Shown piece by piece: positions 1 through 12,044 of a stretch of 64,000 nucleotides of DNA (position 1 is its first letter; each line of letters begins with the position of its first letter). The stretch is from positions 36,456,001 through 36,520,000 of the forward strand of contig NC_042997.1 of NCBI RefSeq assembly GCF_006345805.1, in the 5' to 3' direction. The notes beneath the pieces were generated by a model. It had not been told where the DNA came from, ran no database searches, and saw nothing but the letters and a program-made list of their open reading frames with translations. The position numbers and the translations under genes are program-made. Origin of the DNA: Octopus sinensis (taxonomy: Eukaryota).

Positions 1-525
1 ATGTTCTGAGTTCAAATTCCGCCGAGGTCGACTTTACCTTTCATCTTTCGGGGTCGATTAAATAAGTACCATTTACTCACTGGGGTCGATATAATCGAGT
101 TAATCCGTTTATCGGTCTTTGTTTGTCCCCTTTATGTTTAGCCCCTTTGGGTAGTAAAGAAAAAGGATTCCGTCTGTCTTTACGTACTGAGTTCAAATTC
201 TGGTCCACAAATTAAGTGCCAGTTGAATACCGGGGTTGATCTAATAAACTGGTCCCTTCCCCCAAAATTTCGGGCCTCGTACCTAGATCAGAAAATAATA
301 TATATTTACATGTATAACGTGTAGTAGTGGTATAGAAACGTTGGCACGCTGGGAACATGGTTACCGGCATTTCGTCTACGTTCTGAGTTAAAATTCCATC
401 AAGGTTGACATTGCCTTTCATACATTCGGTGTCGATTAAATAATTACACATTGATCACTGAGAATCGATGTAATCGACTCCCTCCACCGTAATTTCTGGC
501 CTTATGCCAAAATTTGAAACCAATA
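1..525 (+). mobile_element. Cluster of three SINE family A units (tRNA-related octopus-type SINE); first unit cut by the window edge
   Basis: Core 'gttctgagttcaaattccgccgaggtcgactttgcctttcatcctttcggggtcgat' (B-box-like GAGTTCAAATTCC) recurs at ~3, ~185 and ~380, and matches the copies at 13789, 33303 and 34820. Confidence 0.85.
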
Positions 526-964
526 TACATTTACGTGTATATTACAACAACGAATACATGATTTATTAGTAAACCTATAGGACACCTGCAAATAAACCAG
601 TGATTTTGTTTTGAATTCTACACCGCCACGTAGACGAAACGCAACCATGAAATGATATAAGTGGAAATTCGATAGTATATATAATGTCTGCTATAGATCC
701 AATGGCGCTTAAGTAGAGCTAACTCACTAGCTAATTTTTAAAATATATATCTTCATATAGTATCTACAACACGGATTTAAAATAAACGTATCGTGTTATA
801 TTCCTAAAAGAGTACCCAGAACATAAAAATGTAGTACTATCTCTTGAAGTTTATTAATATCATATTCATCATAGAGAAACGATCAGGTGTGCAGTAGAAA
901 ATTGATCACTCTCTGATACCAGTATATTTTCCAACATGAAAAAGTTGCTTCCCTCAGCTCAAAC

Positions 965-1123
965 AGCCAATCAACTTTGATTAGATATAAAATTTGCAAA
1001 GAATATATATAAATTCAGATATGGAATGACGTCACCAAGTGCGTGATCTCATCATGGCTGGAAATACAGGAAAATTATTACAGATAGTCTACCAAACAGA
1101 AGTGCAGTAGTGCAAGGGTGAGT
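965..1123 (+). promoter_or_regulatory. Candidate Pol II promoter and first exon (CCAAT, TATA, CRE, 5' splice site)
   Basis: AGCCAATCA 965-973, TATATAAA 1006-1013, TGACGTCA 1027-1034, donor AGG|GTGAGT at 1117/1118; motif co-occurrence only. Confidence 0.25.
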
Positions 1124-1687
1124 TTCGACGAGAATCATTGATTCTGAATCGTAAAATCAGTTGTGTTTCCAGCCAATTTCACAAACTCCACTGCTGAAAG
1201 AAGCCATAGTACAATCTCATATGATATACTAAATGTCGATTGTAACTAAATACTATATAAAGTGAGCTGAAGAAAATATGAAATTTAATGATTCTAAATT
1301 TCATATGTATCGCTTTCAATTAACGAGTTCATCGCAGCCATGGATACATAGATTCGGGAGAAAATATAATCAGAAATTCAAAATCAATGTTTGACGAAGA
1401 GGTCAATGTGTGTAATGAGACATTTTCCATGGATATATTATTAAATCCAGAACAATGGGCAGGTGACCGGAGGGATGTTTCGTAGATCGTCCCGAACGAC
1501 TAAAAGTTATGTCACGTTTTATTTCCTTCGTCTCATTTTCAAAAATATGTTCCTTAGTTGTGGTCGTCATGTTCTATCTATCTCACTAGAGAACTTGAAG
1601 AAATCCGACGCTGCCTTAGGGAGAAAGTTATTCCAATACAATGGAAGAAGAATGGGAAAAGCTTCAACGCAAACAGGCGAAATATGA

Positions 1688-1706
1688 AATTATCTATCTA
1701 TCTATA

Positions 1707-1758
<52 letters not shown>

Positions 1759-1840
1759 CATACATACAAACATACATACTTACATTATATATATATATAT
1801 TATGTACGTATGTATGTATGTATGTATGTATGTATGTATG
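1688..1840. repeat. Compound microsatellite (TATC)n/(TA)n/(TACA)n/(TATG)n
   Basis: Directly visible. Confidence 0.97.
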
Positions 1841-2337
1841 GTAAAGGTGGCATATTCGCATTTTATAACCGAAAGGCAGAAATATAGACGTCATTGAAGT
1901 GACTAAGAGTAATAGACTGCACCGGTACTGCTAGAAATAAGAGTCAAAACAACTCATATCCATAGAAAGCGCTTATCATTATGATTGACAAGGAGGGCAA
2001 GTACCTTGCATCGATGACATAGCCAGATCACCGATGATTTCACATTTCATTAATGCCCGTCAGTGGCTCTTACCTGGCCTAGGGTTAAGCTTGCATTGTC
2101 GATTTAAGAGACTACCGTAGTAATCGCAAGGCTAATTTCGCAAATGGTAAAACTGAAAATTATAAATAGTGAAGGTGGCTTATTCTCAATATACGCGCGC
2201 GCGTGTGTTTGTGGCGTGTGTGTGTGAGTGCGTGTGTGCGTGTGCGTGTGTGTGTGTGTGCTTGTGTGGGTGTGTTCGTTTAAATGCTAGCGGGTGAAAG
2301 AAAAAGTGCTTAGCAGAAGTTGATATTTTTATTTTAG

Positions 2338-2390
2338 TTCCGTCATTCTCTTGTTGTCCTAAGTTTCGTCTGTGAGTGCTGAGTCCTCAG
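2338..2390 (+). other. Candidate non-coding (UTR or lncRNA) exon
   Basis: Acceptor tttttattttag| and perfect donor CAG|gtaagt; stops in all three frames. Confidence 0.2.
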
Positions 2391-3918
2391 GTAAGTTATC
2401 AGTTTTTGGAAATCTCTGTGAAAATACAGGTGAAACTCAGAGTAGGAAGATTTGCCATGAAAAAGTGAAAGAGAAATATATATACACGTACATGTGTGTG
2501 TGTGTGTATAGCCTTCATTAAAGTGACGGTGGGTGCTAGTAACGACTATGCTTATTACCTTTCACTTGTAAATGGCGAAAAGCCACCCTGGTTTATGTAC
2601 GTATACATGAGTATGTTGGTGTGTGTGTTTGGTGTGTGCATGTCTTTGTGATGATGTTCCAAAATGAGCTACAACCAAGTTTATCCTCGAAAATTAAACC
2701 AGTTCTCCCACTAGGCACCGTTTAGGGACAGCTGCTTCAACGATTTGTTGCTTCGCGACACAGGACTACAATGACATGTTGAAGAGCTCTGAGATATATA
2801 AAGTGTGGTTATATATGCATTGAAGGGATCTGGATATAGCATTATCAGAAATCCTAGATCGACCTAACCAAATGAGATAACTCAAATCAGGGCAGTTTTA
2901 TAGGAAACAGCTATGAAGACTCTACCCGATACATTAGCGGTAGCCAAGCTTGACTATGTTGCATGAACTGGTACTAGCAAATAATATTGCACACGTGCAT
3001 TCGCGCAACGCTAAATATGTGTGCGTGTTTGAGTCTTCGAGTCTTCAGGTAAATGTCCATGGGTGGGTGTAAGTGTATAAATATAATCAAAATAAGTAAC
3101 GTGATATTTAGAAGTGATGCAGTACGACCGTTTCAAGAGGCTCCATTTAATTTAACAATGTAATCATTACATCAATTGAAATGCAGTGCGATATTCACAA
3201 ATAAATAACTGCAATTTTAACAAGTATGACACATTAATACAATTTTTCTCAAATATTATGTTTGAAATAAAAGTTTATATACGACTCTTTAAAATGGAGT
3301 ATCCAAACCTTACTTTGTGCATGTCTTTATTAGTGCGCCTTCAGAGCACGTTCGCCACATGCGGCTGTCATGCGTCATCTACGATTCTGTACTTTAGTCG
3401 TGAGAACCTACGTAAGAAATATCTCCGTACACGTTTAGTATATTATGCATAATTCATAGGGAAGACGAAGTGTACTGCTAGATTTATGTAGCATGACGAT
3501 CGTTTCATTGACTTCTGCATTGTTCCCTAGTGAGTGGGAAACGTTATAATGATTTCAAATGAACTCCACAGTGCAGAATAAACCAAATAAGATTACATAA
3601 GTTACAGTGTTATAATATGTAAATTTCGCTACTGTGTGTGGCAGGATGGTGTTATTAGGATGTGTGCGTTTATAGTAATTCGCAAAGCCATTAACGAGGT
3701 AGGGTGCATGGTATGTGTTCGGGGAGTGGTGACTAAAGAATAGAAAGATTCAAACACAAAGTATACATGTGAAGGTCAGAATGGCTTTTGAATGAAAAAC
3801 ACTGAAAACGTCGTGGAGTTCAGCAGCGGTTGGTCATGCGTATCATTCGTCGCAAAGTGGGTATAGACATGCACTCATACATGTATATACATTTATATAG
3901 AAATACACACACATACAC

Positions 3919-3962
<44 letters not shown>

Positions 3963-3966
<4 letters not shown>

Positions 3967-4485
3967 GGAGTTTAACGCAGGTGTAATTCAAATTCTTTTA
4001 GTTTCGAACATATCTCTGATATTATTCAAAGTGAATAAAATGGTGTAAAACAATGTAATCTCCCCTTCAGGTAAGTGAAGAAATGAAACTCGTCAAACAG
4101 AAAATGATGGATATGTATAGCGATTAACTGAACGTTATAAATATTGTTTGAAAAAACGTTATATGATATAACTTCAGAGGTAGCCTATAAAAAGTGGAGG
4201 GATAAATTAAAGAAAAACTAAAATGATAAGTATACTTTGGAAAGTATAAACATACTTTGGAATAATATCAGTGATATCTTCGAAACATGTGTCGGAAGTA
4301 AAAAGAATTTGAATTACACCTCCATATTTTAGACTCCATATTTTTATTTAGATATTACACAAAAAATTTCTCGAACTTTAAAAACAAGGAGTTAGAACAT
4401 TTTTACTTGTGTGATTTTTTTGCTACCCTGGTAAATATTTATCTAGATTTTCCGTGTTAATTGTTAACAAGGGAAAAATAAACAA
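3963..4485. mobile_element. Penelope-like terminus with inverted 5' segment and split hammerhead remnant
   Basis: Inverted repeat 3980-4032 vs 4254-4320; 4035-4115 (reverse complement) and 4405-4480 match 46430-46770, which lies at the 3' end of a Penelope RT/GIY-YIG copy; GAAAC-atgt-GTC-ggaagt at 4282-4299. Confidence 0.6.
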
Positions 4486-4486
4486 A

Positions 4487-4690
<204 letters not shown>

Positions 4691-4699
4691 CAAGAAGAT

Positions 4700-4985
4700 T
4701 GCTTTGAATCTCCACCGTTCTGGGTTCAGTTCTTAATCGTATAACCTTGGGAAGGTGTCTTGTCCTACGCTTTCATGCTGTCCAAACACCTGCGTGTGGA
4801 TTTGGTAGATGTAAACGTCGTGTATACGCGCGTTTGTGTGTGTGTGTATGTATGTGTTTTGTCTTTCTGCCTCTGTTTGTTTTTGCCCCCACTACCACCA
4901 CGATTGCTTGATAACCTGTTTTGATGTGTTTAGGTCCGTGTAACTTGGAAATTCAGCAAAAAATACCGATATGAAATGTATTAGG
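4700..4985 (+). mobile_element. SINE family B, decayed copy
   Basis: 'gtggatttggtaga...', internal (TG)n and 'gcttgataacc...gtaactt' are colinear with the near-full copy at 53096-53499. Confidence 0.75.
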
Positions 4986-5159
4986 TCGCAGGTAAATGAG
5001 TGAAGCAAGTAAGAGACGAGAAGAGTAAAGGATGAATGCTATATATATATATCTATATATGTGTGTAGGGAGTTTCGAATATATGTGCCAAAGTGAGTAA
5101 GTGAGCATGTGTGTGTCTGTGTGTGTGTGTGTACGAGTGAGTGTATGTGTGTGTGAATG

Positions 5160-5420
5160 AGTGCTGGTGTCTTGTGTGTGTACAGAAAAAAGTGGGGAGA
5201 CAGCGAAATAGAAAATGTTGTGTGTGTGAGTGTGTGTGTGTATGTGTGTGCCTGCGAGTGTGTGTTGGTGTCATGAGTGTGTACAGAAAAAAGTGGGGAG
5301 ACAGCGAGAAAGAAAGTGTTGTGTGTGTGTGTGTGTGTGTGTGTGCGTGCGCCTGCTTGTGAGTGTTGGTGTCATGAGTGTGTACGGAAAAAATCGGGGA
5401 GACAGCGAGAAAGAACGTGT
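5160..5420. repeat. Composite tandem repeat, ~100-bp period, 3 units
   Basis: 'tgtgtacagaaaaaagtggggagacagcga' at ~5177, ~5279 and ~5381, separated by (GT)n-rich spacers. Confidence 0.9.
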
Positions 5421-6099
5421 TTTCTAGGCTCAGGATTCAGTCAATTTAAATCAATCACAATAAAAAAAAACAACAACTACTCATATTAATGTTCTTTAAA
5501 TACGTCATATGACAAACGAACGGCCGCAGGACGTATCATACTATAGGTTATGGATGGTTGGAACGGCAGGGTTTCGGGCAAAACACTTTATGATGTTTAC
5601 GTACATTACGTACGTTGCCTCTGTTCGTTTTCATCTTGGCTGATCATAACTTTGATGTTAACCCTTTCGAGATTTGATAAAAATATGTACCAGTCAAATA
5701 TTGGTTTATCACTTATGCCTTCCTCCGTCCAAATGTTTGATGTTGTGGTGCCAGAAATAAATATTATTATATTCATATTTTACTGAATTCTATGTGGAAG
5801 TTAAATGCAAGAAACCAAAGATATAAAAAAAATCGTTTAGCAAAGATAGTATTATAGTATATAAATATTTCACGTAGCGTCGTGCAAGCAATCAGTATTA
5901 GAAATTATTTATTTTTGTGTGTCTTGGATTTCCAAGGGAATTCTTCAATCTACCAGTCACTTAGTTCTTTTTCTTTATTAACATATTTACTACCGTTTTT
6001 ATGGTTGTTTTCATTCGTCATACTATGGAAGATTCTTATTTCCAAAACCTTATTCATAAAACTATTCGAAACAACATTCAGTTTCCAAGTTTGTACTCA

Positions 6100-6102
6100 T
6101 AA

Positions 6103-6136
<34 letters not shown>

Positions 6137-6293
6137 GTCCGTCCATCTACCTACCTACATACATACATAAATATATTACATATCTACGCACCTACTTACC
6201 TAACATACCTATCTATCTATCTATCTGTCCATCTACCTACCTACACATCCACCTACCTACATAAATATATTACATATCTACCCACCTAACCTA

Positions 6294-6324
<31 letters not shown>

Positions 6325-6340
6325 ATCTATCTATCTAATA
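6100..6340. repeat. (CTAT)n/(CCTA)n microsatellite containing an internal ~90-bp duplication
   Basis: 'acataaatatattacatatctac' occurs twice (~6165 and ~6259). Confidence 0.9.
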
Positions 6341-6746
6341 CACACTATATTTTACTTGCGGCCATGTTTGGGAACGGTTTTGAAGTGTTTAGGCAAACAG
6401 ATCAATTGTAGTGCATTTTCGTTTACGTTTATCACTTATTCTATTGCAGTTTTTTGCCGAGTGCTATGTTATTGTGACTTAAAACAAACTATAATACGTA
6501 GTGAGGTTGGGGTCATGGACATAAAACGTAAACATGCATGCATACACACACACACACACACACACACCACACACACACACATATATGTTGTACGTCTGGT
6601 TTATCTGGTTTTTACGTTGTTCGAAAAAAGTTCGTTTCTATGTTTTTGTTTTTTTGTTCTCTTTTCGCATTGCGTTAAACGTTTTTTTGATGTCCTGTAC
6701 CCATATATGCATGTATATATACATATATACGTAGGTGTGTAAATAT

Positions 6747-6813
<67 letters not shown>

Positions 6814-7869
6814 ATTTGTATGTATGTATGTATATATGTGTGTGTGTGTCTGTATAGAAAGGAGTTGTTCTTTCTTAGGGATATATTATCCGAGCGCACA
6901 CCAAGTTTGTACTAATATCGATTAACAATACTGGAAATATTTCATATGTATATATACTAGTATTTATCGTCGGTTCTTCTTCAATATTAGGAATTTACAC
7001 ATCTGAAATTACTGTTGTCGCTATGGATATTTCCATAATTTTCGATATAGGAGGAATACTTATCAAAATTATTTTCTAGTATTTTTTAAAACCGATATCC
7101 ATGCCTCATGCAAATATAATGATTTTGGAGTACTAAATGTGTAGATGAGACTTTAAGTCACCGTATGAATTAGAATCTTATCGACATAGGATATATATAT
7201 ATATATATAAAATAGTAAAAAGTGAAAAAACTACAGAAGGCTTGTTTTAGAAGGTTACACAATATATATATTTCTCACCTATATATATATACAATGATGG
7301 TATGTTGTCAACTTGATGTGAGAGTCCCATGAATGAGAAAAATGCTACTGCTGTTTAGCACTAGTAACAACGTTTCCCGTTGGCCATGATGCATTTTCTG
7401 TGTCCATATGTTTTCAAAGGGTGGATAAGCACCTCCACCCAGCAAAGCCTGCATCTAGGGACTAGTTTCAGGGTCAATGCTCATCACCAGTCTGGAATAC
7501 TGGTTGAACTTTTTATTACGCTTATTTATATCGAATGGAGAAAGGACAGAACAGCATCGTAATACCACGGCTGAGACGCTTCCAAAAAATAAGAAAGAAA
7601 AGCCATTAGAAAACCGATTATAACAGCGACTCCATCTAAGAATATCTGAAGATGGAATATTATTCCGAAATATCATATCAGACTATGGACGACTAAATTA
7701 CAACTGGTGTATAGCCCTTTGTCTGTATTATAGTGCATTGTTGTACCGTTCAAAACTTGTTATTTTTTATTTAAAAAAATGTTACTATGAGTTCAAATGA
7801 GCCTTACATTTTTAAAATTTGTTGATAAAATGTATATATATATATATATATATATATACAATATATGTT

Positions 7870-9420
7870 GACCTATTTTTCAAACAGGGGATGCACCCGG
7901 CAGCCTGAAAGGCCCAGTGGCTATCCTTTATTTTCCCAATTTTGATCAAGTCGGGTTACTTGCACCCACCTTTCACATCACAACCTTCCATCGTTTCCTC
8001 AAATACACTTCGTCACAGGAGTCTCCTCTCCAGCCCTATCTTCCTCTTCAGATGGTATCTTAATTAAAGAAGCAAACCAGGGCCGGCGATGAAGGATCCC
8101 GTCGCGAATCCTTGCATTCTAGTCCTCCATACACACTCTTTCAACAATGCAACTGAACAGAGGAAACATTCCCTAGATTCTTTTGAGAGTCCAGTTAGCG
8201 ATAAAATCCTTATTATACACTCAGTCGATAGCTGTACCCGCTCTTGGTGCGACAACACGTGTTATACGTATATCATCGAGCTTGATATCTCCCGACAACG
8301 TACATAAGCGTACTGGACGATTTCCTCCCCCAGCCCACATTTTGGACATGTCGATAGCACTGACATTCCGTGCCTGGATAAGACAACTTCTTGTGAAGAT
8401 GTAAAGCGTTCCTGTAACACTGCTAGGTTAGGGACTTTTGGTAATTATTCAACTACCCAGGCCTGAAAGTTTTACGAAAGAGGTTGGCAAGTTGGTTCTC
8501 GTCGAACACCAGAGTCCCTCCTAGGACGTCATCGTTTTTACACTCTACCAACCCTTTGTAGAACACCGATGTGGTATTCCTCCTGCTGGCCTTGCCCGTC
8601 TTGTGGATAAGTACGAGTGCTTTTCGACGCTCCTTTTGCCTTACCGTCAGGTTACGTCTTTTAATGAAACCGGCTTTGAATCACTCCAAAGAGGCTGGTC
8701 GCGGAAAGAATTCCTCTGCTAGCGGATTCCACACCTTATCAACTTCCAGGTAACTCTAGACGCCTCAGCCTCAACGCATGTCTGCGTGTTATTAGCCAGG
8801 GCATCCCTCACACTTTAACGTTTCCTGGCAGCAAACGAAGCGCCTCAGAAGTGGCTTTCCATCTTCCTTTGCAAGATGGTTACTTTCTCCTCCACGTCGT
8901 ATATTACCCCTGCTGCCACCCACAAAACTTCATATCCAGCAGGATTTTATTCTATTGTGATTTTAGATGTCCTACGGCCCATGTATGTGGGCAGCAGTAT
9001 TATTTCATCGATTTTTAGTGTCTTTGTTGACACTTCCTTTGCTACGTTAGCCGATGGGGACTGCGCTTCAACAGTCACGCTACGCGTTATACCGCTAATG
9101 CAGCATGTTTGGTTCCAAATTGCAGCCATGCACTTCTCTACCACCACTTTTTTTGCCTCCATATTTTTTTTTCTTCAGGTTATAAACCTTATATACCACT
9201 GTACGGGCATTAATTTCTGAAACTGTTTCAGGGGGCGGCAACAGCTTAGTGTAGCCGCCTCTTTTTTTTCCTTAAATTCTTTTTTCCTTAAATTCCTGAA
9301 CTTATACAACTGTTCCATTTTCACTTCGAGTTCCGTTTCGTTCCCGCCCACCGCGGCTGAGAAACTTGGTGTTTCCTGTATATCCGTGTTTAGACTGGTA
9401 CACTCATTTCACATCAGAGG
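7870..9420 (-). mobile_element. Tx1-like (L1 clade) LINE unit A: ORF1 N-terminus fused to the post-RT part of ORF2 (internal deletion of EN and RT)
   Basis: Minus-strand translation gives GMPWLITRRHALRLRRL, NTTSVFYKGLVE, CPKCGLGEEIVQYAYVRC (decayed CCHC) and LKECVWRTR for 8050-8870; ORF1-like ILLPTYMGRRTSKITIE and VLWVAAGVIYDVEEKVTILQ for 8875-9330, similar to ORF1 at 28454; many stops and frameshifts. Confidence 0.85.
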
Positions 9421-9739
9421 GAAGTATTTTATGGATTAAATACTGAATTCCATAACGAAACACTTTCGATTTTTTCAGAACAGACAAAATTTCCAAAAAA
9501 TAATAAAATAACGCCCAGCAATGTGCAAATAAACTGTTCAATACATTTTCAGAAAACAAAAAATCCTACAAACGAATTTTTACCAGTATTTTCAGCCGTG
9601 TAGGGCGAAAACTACTGTTTCCAAACGGTCAACAGTTCAAATAAAGATAAGGTACACAAAATATACAATGGTAGTAAAAACACGCGGAAACTCACGTAAC
9701 AGTTGATGGCAATCTCGCAATACGACGCACAGAAAAAAG

Positions 9740-10400
9740 TAGGCAGGGCTTGCTAGCTGAATATTTTATTAAGACAATAGATGCCACACATAGATGCTAC
9801 AGCACAGGATAACACACACTAAAAAGTTAATATGAGTGAGGTATGTTTTTTTCTGTAGAGTTGCTGTGCTGAAAGAATGTGCCTGGAAGACTCGAATGCA
9901 AGGACTCGTGACGGGATCCTTCAACCCCGGCCCTCGTTTGCTACATTTGTTCAGATATCATCTGAAGAGTAAAATAGGGCTGGAGAGAAGGATCCTGTCG
10001 TGAAGTGTGTTTGAGGAAAAATGGAACGCTGTTTTAAGAGATGTGGGTACTAGTAACCCTACTTAATATGCATTGGAAAAGAAAGTAAAGGTCTTGTCGC
10101 AGGTATAGAAAGTAGTGAGGTTTTTTACTTCCTTCAGACACTCTTCCAATGCTTCCACCGTAGCAATTTCAATTATTTTCGTTGTCGTGGAAAGCGTTCT
10201 ATATACTACTATCTACTTGTTTACATTCGCTGTTCTATCTTGCAGCGGTGTCAACCTCAGGCTTGTACCGTTCTTCTGAATAAGCTTGTTGAACTGTTTC
10301 AACATCTTTTCTTCCAATATCACATCGTGAACCTATAGAAAGTATGCAGTTAATCGTCTTCCGTTGCTGCTACATAGCTACCGACTGGTTCGTTTTCCAT
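9740..10400 (-). mobile_element. Tx1-like unit B: ORF1 N-terminus (-), inverted ORF2 C-terminus (+, 9835-10090), 3' UTR (-)
   Basis: 10100-10340 minus: EEKMLKQFNKLIQKNGTSLRLTPLQDRTANVNK*IVVYRT (ORF1-like); 9850-10090 plus: LKECAWKTRMQGLVTGSF; 9740-9835 'gcttgctagctga...cagcacagga' matches the 3' UTR at 10590-10680. Confidence 0.7.
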
Positions 10401-10404
10401 CGTT

Positions 10405-11125
10405 TCTTTTCATACAACTTCACCCATAAATGGGGAATAAAATAATATAACAGGCAAAATAACAGCAATGGACAATTCAATAATTCAACAATTAAGTTGA
10501 ACAATTAGGTTAACCTTTACGGGAGGCCTTCTACAGGTATCAACTGTGTAACTGACGGGGATTCAAAATTTGATTAAATCGAACAGTAAAAGGGTGGCTT
10601 GCTAGCTGATCCATAAAGGTCAACACATAAATGTGACAGCACAGGACAATACATACGAGAAAGTGTTGTGATGTGTTCGAATGATACCTATTGTTTAAAA
10701 ATATTGATGTTGAAATAGTCTTTTTCTATATGAGTAACGGATATGCCCTATTCACTCAAAGGCCCAGTGGTTATCACCTTCCTCTTATTTCTACGTTTTT
10801 TCCAAAGCCGATTTAGCCGGGTCCGTTGCACCTGCCTTTCTTAAAACAGCCTTCCATCTTTCCTCAAACACACTTCGAGTCACGGGCCTGAAGTATTGTC
10901 GCAAAACAGGGCTAGAAATGAAGGCCCCTTACACGAATCCTTGCTTCCTAGTCTTCCACACGCATTCTTTTAGCATAGCAACTATACAGAAAAAAAAAAC
11001 ATACCTAACCTTCCTTCTAGAGTCCAGCTGGCGGTACAACCTTTATCATAGACTCAGCCGATAGCTAAGCTCTTCCCAAATGCGACAACACGTGTTCGAC
11101 GTAAAACATCAAAACTAACAGGTCA
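10405..11125 (-). mobile_element. Tx1-like unit C: 5'-truncated ORF2 C-terminus plus 3' UTR
   Basis: Colinear with 7900-8260 (shared aaaggcccagtgg, cctcaaacacacttcg, cgaatccttgc); the end (reverse complement gcctgttatat...ccccatttatgggt...aaagaaac) resembles the tail at 29810-29882. Confidence 0.8.
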
Positions 11126-11149
11126 CGACACAGTACAAAATCTGCTGAA

Positions 11150-11196
11150 CGGTTTCGTGTATAAATATATATATATGTATATATATACACATACAG

Positions 11197-11230
<34 letters not shown>

Positions 11231-11517
11231 CACACACACATATATATATACATATATATATATATAAATATATACATATGTATATACATATATATATATA
11301 AACATATATACATACATATATATATATAAACATATATACATACATATATATATAAACATATATACATATGTACATACATATATATATATAAACATATATA
11401 CATATGTACATACATATATATATATATATATACGTATTTATTTATATATATATACGTATTTATATATATATACATACATACGTATTTATATATATATATA
11501 TACATACATACGTATTT

Positions 11518-11549
<32 letters not shown>

Positions 11550-11587
11550 CATACATACGTATTTATATATATATATACATACATACG

Positions 11588-11628
<41 letters not shown>

Positions 11629-11874
11629 CAGTATATATATATATATGTATATATATACACATACAGTATATATATATATATGTATATATATACGTACATA
11701 CGTATTTATATATATGTATATATATACGTACATACGTATTTATATATATATATATATATACATATATACGTATTTATATATATGTATATATATACGTACC
11801 TACGTATTTATATATATATATATATATACATATATACGTATTTATATATATATATATATACACACATATATACG

Positions 11875-11908
<34 letters not shown>

Positions 11909-11987
11909 GTATTTACGTATACATATATATATATATATATACGTATTTACGTATACATATATATATATATATATATACGTATTACGT

Positions 11988-12043
<56 letters not shown>
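11150..12043. repeat. ~0.9-kb (TA)n-based microsatellite with higher-order units (tacatacgtattta..., aaacatatatacat...)
   Basis: Directly visible; source of the Y/I-rich spurious ORFs. Confidence 0.97.

Positions 12044-12044
<1 letters not shown>

Noticed and set aside
1558-1894. Y/I/C/V-rich ORFs here and at 4423, 5053, 6534, 11065-12091, 16332, 55577 and 60553
   Set aside because: Translations of dinucleotide and tetranucleotide microsatellites
2066-2180. Resemblance to U1 snRNA (CTTACCTGGC start, AGGG..GCTT..CATTG)
   Set aside because: CTTACCTG is simply the complement of a splice donor; the alignment needs large gaps and has no Sm site. The alternative reading, a minus-strand 79-nt exon (2152-2074), has stops in all frames and no other support
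4061-4076. Perfect donor CAG|gtaagt
   Set aside because: It is the reverse complement of the Penelope hammerhead stem I and core (acttac-ctgaag), so repeat-derived
5160-5420. CRISPR-like repeat-spacer appearance
   Set aside because: Eukaryotic context, spacers are (GT)n variants, no cas genes
10215-10332. Apparent minus-strand host exon after ttctatag|
   Set aside because: The frame continues past the stop and aligns with the Tx1 ORF1 N-termini at 9200 and 28550
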